Assembly: GCA_964627425.1 (NCBI GenBank)
Contig: CAZVIY010000001.1
Location: 32,128 to 96,127, forward strand
Length of the DNA: 64,000 nt
Source of the DNA: an uncultured Gemmatimonadota bacterium
GTDB taxonomy: Bacteria; Gemmatimonadota; Gemmatimonadetes; Palauibacterales; Palauibacteraceae
Direction of reading: 5' to 3'
This document shows, one piece after another, positions 56,904-64,000 of the stretch (the stretch's first letter is position 1; each line of letters starts with the position of its first letter). Made by a program: the position numbers and the translations under genes. The notes under the pieces were generated by a model. It worked only from the letters and a program-made list of their open reading frames with translations. It was not told where the DNA came from and did not search any database.

Positions 56904-57779
56904 ATGACGGGGCGGCTCATCGACGGGAAGGCCGTGGCCGCCCGGGTCCGGGAGGAGGTGACTCGCCGGGTCGAGGAGCTGGCGGAGGAAGGGATCCGAC
57001 CCTGCCTGGCGGTGGTCCTGGTGGGCGACGATCCGGCCTCGGCCGTCTACGTCCGGATGAAGGGTCGGGACTGCCGGGAGGTGGGGATCGAGACCCGGGA
57101 CGACCACCTGCCGGCCGATACCTCCCAGGAGGAGCTGATGGCGCTGGTGGAGGAGCTGAACCGTGACCCGGACGTTCACGGGATCCTCGTGCAGCTGCCC
57201 CTCCCGGAGGGGCTGGACGAGACCGCCGTCGTGGGGGGCATCCGCCCGGAGAAGGACGTGGACGGACTCCATCCGGTGAACGCGGGGCTCCTGGCCCAGG
57301 GAGATCCCAGGGCGTTCCGCCCCTGCACGCCGGCGGGGATCCAGGAGCTCCTCCGGCACGTGGGCTTCGATCCGGAGGGTCGTCGGGCGGTGATCCTGGG
57401 CCGGTCGAACCTGGTGGGTCGCCCCCTGGCGTCGATCCTCCTGCAGAAGGAGCGCTGGGCCAACGCCACGGTGACGGTGGCTCACAGCCGGACACGGGAC
57501 CTGGGTGCGGTGACCCGGGAGGCCGATCTCCTGGTGGCGGCCGTGGGTCGGCCGGAGCTCGTCGGAGCCGACATGGTCTCGGAGGGAGCCGTGGTCATCG
57601 ACGTGGGCATCAATCGGGTGGACGATCCCGAGACCGAGAAGGGTTACCGTCTGGTGGGCGACGTGGCCTTCGAGGACGTTCGGGAGAAGGCGTCGTGGAT
57701 CACCCCGGTGCCCGGGGGCGTGGGGCCCATGACCCGGGCCATGCTCCTACGGAACGTGGTCAGGGCCGCCGAAGCGTGA
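56904..57779 (+). CDS. folD: Bifunctional methylenetetrahydrofolate dehydrogenase/cyclohydrolase
   Basis: VGDDPASAVYVRMK, GILVQLPLP, VDGLHP, TPVPGGVGPMT. Confidence 0.95.
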   Translation: MTGRLIDGKAVAARVREEVTRRVEELAEEGIRPCLAVVLVGDDPASAVYVRMKGRDCREVGIETRDDHLPADTSQEELMALVEELNRDPDVHGILVQLPLPEGLDETAVVGGIRPEKDVDGLHPVNAGLLAQGDPRAFRPCTPAGIQELLRHVGFDPEGRRAVILGRSNLVGRPLASILLQKERWANATVTVAHSRTRDLGAVTREADLLVAAVGRPELVGADMVSEGAVVIDVGINRVDDPETEKGYRLVGDVAFEDVREKASWITPVPGGVGPMTRAMLLRNVVRAAEA

Positions 57780-59053
57780 GCGGGCACGGGCAGATCTCCC
57801 TGTTCACCCCCGGGGAAGATCCCGAGGCGGCGGCGCCGGGGAGCGGGCCGGAGCGGGCGCTCACGGTCGCGGAGCTGAACGCCGCCGCCCGGGAGCTGCT
57901 GGAAGCCCGGTTCCCCGAACTGTGGGTGAGCGGCGAGATCGCCAACTGGCGGCGGGTGAGCTCCGGCCACTGCTACTTCACCCTCCGGGACGACTCCGCC
58001 CAGGTCTCCTGCGTCATGTGGCGGAGGGACGCCCGGCGGCTCCCCACCGAGCCCGAAGGAGGGATGGAGGTGGCGGCCCGGGGCCAGGTCTCCCTCTACG
58101 AGGTTCGGGGAACCTATCAGGTCCAGGTCAGGGAGCTGCAGGCCAGGGGGGAGGGACTCTGGCGTCTCGCCTTCGAGCGCCTCAGGGCGAAGCTCGCGGC
58201 CGAGGGTCTCCTGGACGAGGCCCGGAAGCGGCCGGTGCCGGAGATCCCGGATACGGTGGGGGTCGTGACCTCCCGGACGGGGGCCGCGCTCCGGGACGTC
58301 CTCAGCGTGATCCGGAGGCGCGCGCCGTGGACCCGGGTGGTGGTCTCCCACTGCCGGGTCCAGGGGGAGGAGGCCGCGGGAGAGATCGTCCGGGCCCTGG
58401 AGAGACTGGAGCGGTGGGGCGAGGCCGACGTCATCGTCATCACCCGGGGCGGGGGCTCCGTCGAGGACCTCTGGGCCTTCAACGAGGAGCCGGTGGCCCG
58501 GGCCGTGGCCCGGTGCGGGATCCCCGTGATCTCCGCGGTGGGGCACGAGGTGGACGTGACCATCGCGGACCTGGTCGCCGACGTGCGGGCCCCCACGCCC
58601 TCGGCCGCCGGCGAGGTGGCGGTCCCCGACGCCCGTGCCCTCGAGGGCCGGCTGCAGGCGATGGCGGAGGGTCTCGTGTCCGGACTCCGGCGCCGGACCC
58701 GTCGAGGTCGTGAGCGGGCCGGACGGGCCGCCGAGCGCCTCGTGGCGGCGGTGGAGAGACGGGTGGAGCGAGCCCGAGGCCGCCTCGACCGGCTGGGAGC
58801 TCGCCTGGACGCCCTGAGCCCGCTGTCGACCCTCGAGCGAGGGTACGGCGTGGCCCGTGGTCCCGGCGGACGGGTCCTCAGCCGGGCGGCGGATTTCCAT
58901 CCGGGGGACACGTTCCGCCTCAGGGTGGTCGACGCGGAGGTCCGATGCCGGGTGGAGGACGTGACCGGGGCGGAGGTCCCTGCGAGGGGACCGCACCAGG
59001 CGCGGGACGGGACCCGCGCGGACGTCGAGGGAGGCGACGGCGATGAGCGGTAA
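57776..59053 (+). CDS. xseA: Exodeoxyribonuclease VII large subunit
   Basis: GTG 57776 (GTGA overlap with the folD stop) inside ORF 57695..59053. Motifs: WVSGEI.N......GHCYFTLRD, GVVTSRTGAALRD, ITRGGGSVEDLW.FNEE, ISAVGHEVD. Confidence 0.9.
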   Translation: MSGHGQISLFTPGEDPEAAAPGSGPERALTVAELNAAARELLEARFPELWVSGEIANWRRVSSGHCYFTLRDDSAQVSCVMWRRDARRLPTEPEGGMEVAARGQVSLYEVRGTYQVQVRELQARGEGLWRLAFERLRAKLAAEGLLDEARKRPVPEIPDTVGVVTSRTGAALRDVLSVIRRRAPWTRVVVSHCRVQGEEAAGEIVRALERLERWGEADVIVITRGGGSVEDLWAFNEEPVARAVARCGIPVISAVGHEVDVTIADLVADVRAPTPSAAGEVAVPDARALEGRLQAMAEGLVSGLRRRTRRGRERAGRAAERLVAAVERRVERARGRLDRLGARLDALSPLSTLERGYGVARGPGGRVLSRAADFHPGDTFRLRVVDAEVRCRVEDVTGAEVPARGPHQARDGTRADVEGGDGDER

Positions 59054-59318
59054 CGGGACCGGGGAGGAGGCCTCCCCCGATTTCGAGGAGACGCTGGCGG
59101 AGCTGGAGGAGATCGTCCGGGCCCTGGATCGTCGGGAGATGGACCTGGACGAGGCCCTCGCCCTGTTCGAGCGAGGGGTCGATCGCCTCCGGACGGCGAC
59201 CCAGCGCCTGGACGAGGCCGAGGGCAGGGTGGAGGAGCTCATCGAGGACGCATCGGGGACCCTGCGGGAGATCGATCTCGATCCCGGAGCCGACGAGCCC
59301 GACGGCGAGGGCGGATGA
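59043..59318 (+). CDS. xseB: Exodeoxyribonuclease VII small subunit
   Basis: FEETLAELEEIVRALDRREMDLDEALALFERGV. Confidence 0.88.
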   Translation: MSGNGTGEEASPDFEETLAELEEIVRALDRREMDLDEALALFERGVDRLRTATQRLDEAEGRVEELIEDASGTLREIDLDPGADEPDGEGG

Positions 59319-60226
59319 GGCGGGGGGCCGCACCGGGTCGTGAGCTCCTGGAGCCCGCCCGGCGGCGGGTGGAGGAGGAGCTTCGCTCTCTCCTGGAGGA
59401 AGCCCTGGAGGGCGCGCCCGCGGAGGTGATCGAACCCTGCCGCTATGCCGCCCTCGGTCCCGGGAAGCGGATCCGCCCTCTCCTGTTCCTCCATGCCCGG
59501 GAGGCGGCGGGCGCCCCGATCTCGCCGGGTGCGGTGAGGATGGCGTGCAGCGTGGAGCTCATCCACGCCTATTCGCTGATCCACGACGACCTGCCCTGCA
59601 TGGACGACGACGTGCTGCGTCGGGGGCGACCGGCCCACCACGTGCGCTACGGCACCGAGGTGGCGGTCGTGGCCGGGGCCCTCCTGATGCCCGTGGCGGT
59701 GGAGGCGCTGGATCGTGGTGGACGGGACCTGGGCCTCTCCGAGGATCGCCGCCGCCGGGTGGCCTCCGTCCTCCTCCGGGCGGCCGGAGCGAGGGGGATG
59801 GTGGGGGGGCAGCTGCGGGATCTGGAGGCCGAGGGGACCCGCCCGGATCCCGGAGGCGTGGAGGAGATCTACCGGGGGAAGACCGCGGCCCTCATCGCCG
59901 CGGCCACCAGGACCGGAGCGCTGTCCACCGACGCCGGAGCCGGGACCGTCGATCGGCTGGGACGCGTGGGCTGGCACCTGGGCCTGGCGTTCCAGGTGGT
60001 GGACGATCTCCTGGACCTGACCGGCACGGACCGGGAGCTGGGCAAGGAGAGCGGGAGGGACGCGGCGCTCGCCAAGGCCACCTACCCGGCCGTCGCGGGC
60101 CGGGCGGCGGCGGAGCGGAGGTCCCGGGAGTTGGTGGCGAAGGCCCGGGAGGAGCTCGGGGCGATGGGAGAGGCGGCCGAGCCGCTGCGGACCATCGCTC
60201 GATTCGTGGTGGAGCGGAGGAGATGA
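59315..60226 (+). CDS. ispA: Polyprenyl (farnesyl/geranylgeranyl) diphosphate synthase
   Basis: ATGA overlap with the xseB stop. GKRIRP, first Asp-rich LIHDDLPCMDDDVLRRG, KT, second Asp-rich FQVVDDLLD. The xseB-ispA order matches E. coli. Confidence 0.88.
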   Translation: MRRGAAPGRELLEPARRRVEEELRSLLEEALEGAPAEVIEPCRYAALGPGKRIRPLLFLHAREAAGAPISPGAVRMACSVELIHAYSLIHDDLPCMDDDVLRRGRPAHHVRYGTEVAVVAGALLMPVAVEALDRGGRDLGLSEDRRRRVASVLLRAAGARGMVGGQLRDLEAEGTRPDPGGVEEIYRGKTAALIAAATRTGALSTDAGAGTVDRLGRVGWHLGLAFQVVDDLLDLTGTDRELGKESGRDAALAKATYPAVAGRAAAERRSRELVAKAREELGAMGEAAEPLRTIARFVVERRR

Positions 60227-60227
60227 G

Positions 60228-61118
60228 ATGCGGATAGGGGTCGTGGCGAACGTCGGCTACGAGGGTCTGGGACGGAGTCTCCGCCAGCTGAGGGAGACGG
60301 CGGACGCGCTGGGGGTCGAGCTCTCGTTCGACTCGGAGGTGCGGTCCCGGCCGGATCTGGGCGAGGCGATGGCTCCGCTGGAGGAGCGGCAGGACGAGGT
60401 GGACGCGATCCTCACGCTGGGGGGAGACGGGACCCTGCTCCGGGGCGCTCGGATCGCGGGACCTCGGGGTGTCCCCCTCCTGGGATGCAACATGGGTCGC
60501 CTCGGCTTCCTCACCGCGGCGCCCGGGAGCGACCTGCCCGAGGCCATGGAGCGCCTCGTGGCCGGCAGCTACCAGGTACAGGAGCGCATGGCGCTCCGTG
60601 TCGGGGTGCTCGGGTCCGACGAGGCGGGGGAGGAGAAGCCGTCGTATTACGCGGTGAACGACGCGGTGGTGCACAAGAGCGGATACGCCCGGTTGATCAC
60701 CCTCCGCATATGGATCGATGGGGACGAGGTCGGCCAGTACAGCGCCGACGGGATCGTCCTCGCCACGGCCACCGGATCCACGGCCTACAGCCTCTCGGCC
60801 GGAGGACCGATCCTGGCGCCGGACCTGGACGCCCTCGTGGCCACGCCCATCTGCCCCCACACCCTGGCGGCCCGGTCGCTGGTCCTGTCCGGCGACTGCC
60901 GGATCCGGGTCCAGGCCCTGTCGGGCGGCGAGGAGACGGTGGTCACCGTGGACGGCCAGAAGGGGAGCCGACTGAGCGAGGGAGACCTGGTGGAGGTCCG
61001 TCGGGACGCCTCGCCGCTGCGGCTGGTGCGGTTCCCGGAGCGGAAGTTCTACACGGTCCTCCGCCACAAGCTGGGGTGGGGGGACGTCCGCCCCAGGGAG
61101 GATGGGGGCGACCGGTGA
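60228..61118 (+). CDS. nadK: NAD kinase
   Basis: LTLGGDGTLL, NMGRLGFL, ADGIVLATATGSTAYSLSAGGPI. Confidence 0.92.
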   Translation: MRIGVVANVGYEGLGRSLRQLRETADALGVELSFDSEVRSRPDLGEAMAPLEERQDEVDAILTLGGDGTLLRGARIAGPRGVPLLGCNMGRLGFLTAAPGSDLPEAMERLVAGSYQVQERMALRVGVLGSDEAGEEKPSYYAVNDAVVHKSGYARLITLRIWIDGDEVGQYSADGIVLATATGSTAYSLSAGGPILAPDLDALVATPICPHTLAARSLVLSGDCRIRVQALSGGEETVVTVDGQKGSRLSEGDLVEVRRDASPLRLVRFPERKFYTVLRHKLGWGDVRPREDGGDR

Positions 61119-62827
61119 CCTCGGCCCGCGTCCTCACCGAGCTCCGGGTCCGGGGCTATGCCGTCATCGACGACGTACGGCTGGAGCTGGGCCCCGGACT
61201 CAACGTCCTCACCGGCGAGACGGGCGCCGGCAAGTCCATCCTCGTGGGTGCGCTCTCCCTCCTCCTGGGCGAGCGGGCCTCCTCGGACGTGGTGCGAGCC
61301 GGTGAGGAGCGATCCGTGGTGGAAGGGGTCTTCGACCTGGCAGGCCGGGAGGAGACCGTCGAGCGAGCCCGGGAGGCCGGACACCCCCCCGAGGACGGCC
61401 TGCTCATCCTGCGGCGGGAGGTGCAGAGGGAGGGACGTAACCGTGTATGGATCAACGGCTCCCGGGCCACCGTGGGCCTGGCCGGCGAGCTGGGGGCCCT
61501 CCTGGTGGACCTCCACGGACAGCACGAGCACCAGGCGCTCCTCCGCCCCTCGAACCAGCGTCGCATCCTGGACGCCTTCGCCGGAGCCCGCGACCGGTCC
61601 CGCCGGGTCCGGCGCCTCTTCCGGCGATGGAAGGAGACGCGGACCGAGGCCGCCGACCTCCGGGAGCGGGGACGGGAGCTGGCCGGGGAGGAGGAATTCC
61701 TCCGGCACAAGCTGCAGGAGATCGAGGGCGCCGACCTGGAGGAGGGGGAGGTCGAGGAGCTGAAAGCCGAGGAGAACCGCCTGGCCAACTCGGAGGAACT
61801 CGTCTCCCTGGCGTCGGGCCTGTACCGATCCCTCTACGAGGCCGAGGATTCGGTCGTCGACCGTCTGGCCGGCGCCGGACGCGCCCTCGGCGACCTGGCG
61901 CGCATCGATCCGGAGGCGGAGGAGATGGCCGGGATGCTGGAGGAGAGCCGGCAGCTCCTCCAGGAGCTGGGCCGACGGCTGGGGAGCTACCGGGAGGCGG
62001 TGGACCACGACCCGGCCCGCCTGGAGCGGGTCCGGGCCCGCCTGGACGAGATCTACCGGCTGGAGCGGAAGTACGGGGGATCCGTGGAGGCCGTCCTCGT
62101 CGAGGGGGAGGAGGCCCGGGAGGCCCTGGCCCGCCTGGAGCGGGTCGACGAGGAGGCGGCGGAGCTCGAGGAGGAGGCCGACCGGCTGCGGGAGGAATGG
62201 GACGAGGCGGCAGGGGCCCTCAGCGCCCGCCGCAGGGAGGCGGCCGAGCGGCTGGAGGAGGCGGTCACCGAGCTCCTGCCCGCACTGGGGATGGAGGACG
62301 GCCGGTTCCGGGTCGAGCTTCGGCCGCGGGACGCTCCCTCACCGGAAGGGGCGGAGACCGTCGAGTTCATGGTGAGCCTCAACGTGGGATTCGAGCCCGG
62401 CCCGCTGGACCGCGTCGCTTCCGGCGGGGAGCTGAGCCGCGTGATGCTGGCGCTGAAGACCGTCCTCGCCGAAGTGGACGAGGTGCCCTGCCTGGTCTTC
62501 GACGAGATCGACGCGGGCGTGGGCGGCGAGGTGGCCCATCAGGTGGCCCGGCGTCTCCAGGAGGTGGCGGAGCGCCACCAGGTCTTCGTCATCACCCATC
62601 TCCCCCAGATCGCGGCTCGCGCCGACGTGCACTACCGGGTGGAGAAATCGCGGGCCGGGGGCCGGGCGTCCACCGACGTGGAACGCCTCGACGGCGAGGA
62701 TCGGGTGGAGGAGGTGGCCCGGATGCTGGGCGGAGATCCCGGGAGCCGGGTCTCCCGCGAGCACGCACGCGAGCTCCTGGAGGCTGCCCGGGACGAGTCC
62801 CCCTCCAGGGCGGGGTCGGCCAGCTGA
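61115..62827 (+). CDS. recN: DNA repair protein RecN
   Basis: GTG 61115 (GTGA overlap with the nadK stop) inside ORF 60485..62827. Motifs: LNVLTGETGAGKSI (Walker A), HGQHEHQ, long coiled coil, ASGGELSRVMLALK, LVFDEIDAGVGG. Confidence 0.93.
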   Translation: MTSARVLTELRVRGYAVIDDVRLELGPGLNVLTGETGAGKSILVGALSLLLGERASSDVVRAGEERSVVEGVFDLAGREETVERAREAGHPPEDGLLILRREVQREGRNRVWINGSRATVGLAGELGALLVDLHGQHEHQALLRPSNQRRILDAFAGARDRSRRVRRLFRRWKETRTEAADLRERGRELAGEEEFLRHKLQEIEGADLEEGEVEELKAEENRLANSEELVSLASGLYRSLYEAEDSVVDRLAGAGRALGDLARIDPEAEEMAGMLEESRQLLQELGRRLGSYREAVDHDPARLERVRARLDEIYRLERKYGGSVEAVLVEGEEAREALARLERVDEEAAELEEEADRLREEWDEAAGALSARRREAAERLEEAVTELLPALGMEDGRFRVELRPRDAPSPEGAETVEFMVSLNVGFEPGPLDRVASGGELSRVMLALKTVLAEVDEVPCLVFDEIDAGVGGEVAHQVARRLQEVAERHQVFVITHLPQIAARADVHYRVEKSRAGGRASTDVERLDGEDRVEEVARMLGGDPGSRVSREHARELLEAARDESPSRAGSAS

Positions 62828-62839
62828 TGGAGGAGGCGC

Positions 62840-64000
62840 TCAGAAGAGCCCCAGGGACACGGGGATCCGTATCCGAACGTCCATGAGGTTGGAGGCCGGG
62901 GTCTGTCCCCCCGAGCCCAGGGCGGAGATCCGGTAGGTGAAGGAGGCCTGCAGTCCGCCTCCGGCCGCGCCGGCGGCGTGGTAGGAGACGCCGACCCCCA
63001 CGGAATGGCGACGTGCCAGGGTCTCCGCTTCGAGGTCCGCGGGATCGACGGCGGGCGTCCCGCCGTCCCCGTCCTCGCCCTCCTCCGGGGCGAGGGCGAT
63101 GAAGCCGCTCCGTCCCTGGCGCCAGAAGGCGTACTCGGCTCCCATGGAGAGGTGCCGGTTCACGGCCATGGCGGGAGCGACCCGGAGCCAGAGGTAATCC
63201 CCCGGCTCGCGTCGAAGCTCCCGTCGGGCGGCGGCGAGGGCGAAGGGCCGCTCCGGATCGTGGACCCGGATCGTCACCTCGTCGGCGAGGCGCCGTCCGT
63301 ATCCCGCAGCGGCGGAGAGCCGGAGCGCCCGGTAGGCCACGTCCTGGTAGAGGCTCGCCTCCACCACCCGGGCGCCGGTCCCTGCCGGGGTGTCCATGAA
63401 CCGGTCCGGGGTGAGGAAGGGGGCGGCGTCGGGCTCGCCGAGGGGCCAGCGAACGCGGAGCCCCGCCGTGGTCCTGAGGGCCATCCCCGCCGGAGGGCCG
63501 GGCCCGGCGGCGGTGGAGTCGTCGTCCGGACCGAAGGTGTCCAGGAGGCCCACCCGGACGCCGAGGTCCAGCTCCGTGGGCTGGAGTCCCGGATCCTCGC
63601 CGTCGAGGGGTTCGCCCTCCACCAGGGGACCGGTGAGGAACCCCGACAGGGCCCCCGGCCCCGGAGACGAGGCCAGGCCGAGGGCGGGAGCCTCGATGTC
63701 GAAGGACTGGAAGGAGGACTGGAGTTCGGAGGCCAGCACGCTCATCTCGTCGCCCGGACGGGAGCCCGCCAGCGGCAGGAGCCTCCCGGAGGACAGCCTG
63801 CGCTCGAGCACCGTGGCGAACGCCCCGGAGCGCTCGAGGAGCTCCTGGGCCGCCGCCTCCTCTTCCGGCGAGAGCTCCCCGCTCTGAAGGCGGCTCTCCA
63901 GGCTCGACCGGGCCGACGCCAGCCCGTCCAGGAAGCTCGATCCGTCCTCCAGGGCCAGCGAGGCCGGGGCGGCGGTGGCCCCGGTGGAGTCGTACCGGAA
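62840..64000 (-). CDS. Probable outer-membrane beta-barrel protein, 5'-partial (frame stays open to the window end)
   Basis: ORF 62840..63811, C-terminus ...DVRIRIPVSLGLF. The same frame has no stop from 63812 to 64000 (FRYDSTGATAAPASLALEDGSSFLDGLASARSSLESRLQSGELSPEEEAAAQELLER...), so the real start is probably outside the window. GTG 63811 is an alternative start. Confidence 0.55.
   Translation of the reverse strand, partial: FRYDSTGATAAPASLALEDGSSFLDGLASARSSLESRLQSGELSPEEEAAAQELLERSGAFATVLERRLSSGRLLPLAGSRPGDEMSVLASELQSSFQSFDIEAPALGLASSPGPGALSGFLTGPLVEGEPLDGEDPGLQPTELDLGVRVGLLDTFGPDDDSTAAGPGPPAGMALRTTAGLRVRWPLGEPDAAPFLTPDRFMDTPAGTGARVVEASLYQDVAYRALRLSAAAGYGRRLADEVTIRVHDPERPFALAAARRELRREPGDYLWLRVAPAMAVNRHLSMGAEYAFWRQGRSGFIALAPEEGEDGDGGTPAVDPADLEAETLARRHSVGVGVSYHAAGAAGGGLQASFTYRISALGSGGQTPASNLMDVRIRIPVSLGLF

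Overview
Very GC-rich, gene-dense chromosomal core segment. I call 59 protein-coding genes and 1 tRNA. There are no rRNA genes, CRISPR arrays, transposases, integrases or other mobile-element signatures. The host looks diderm: beta-barrel proteins ending in F, lipoproteins with lipoboxes, and SecD/SecF. RNase Y, BshA and a DUF5117-like metzincin loosely suggest an FCB/Gemmatimonadota-like lineage, but that is a guess. Content from start to end: AI-2E transporter fragment, PlsC-like acyltransferase, a heme cluster (hemH, an unknown coupled ORF, hemY, hemE), a TPR protein, a secreted metzincin, a methyltransferase, ctaA, an OMP, a thiolase, gltX-tadA-hydroxyacid dehydrogenase, nhaC, pyrR-pyrB-pyrC, rpsT, scpA-scpB-rluB plus an unknown Rossmann protein, pcm, selD-upp, tRNA(CAU), secD, secF, tatD-mutL-miaA, bshA-uppP-nadC-birA-coaX, groES-groEL, two lipoproteins, thrS, rpmI-rplT-pheS-pheT, a coiled-coil protein, zapA, rny-folD-xseA-xseB-ispA-nadK-recN, and a partial OMP. 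About half of the long ORFs in the supplied track are R/P/G-rich antisense or off-frame shadows of real genes, as expected at this GC content, and I rejected them. I did not find a convincing multi-gene novel system such as a defence island. The clearest result is that selD is a selenoprotein gene, which the ORF track splits at an in-frame TGA. Other observations: a sigma-54-type -24/-12 element with upstream TGACAG repeats ahead of groESL and no CIRCE; thrS abutting rpmI with no infC and a structured leader; a 540-bp structured intergenic region before secD; a structured zapA-rny gap; and several unassigned proteins (a 142-aa ORF coupled to ferrochelatase, a 553-aa Rossmann protein, an NTPase-less STAND-type WH/TPR protein, and a lipoprotein protease with a small duplicated lipoprotein). 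All family calls come from motif recognition by eye. No searches were run.
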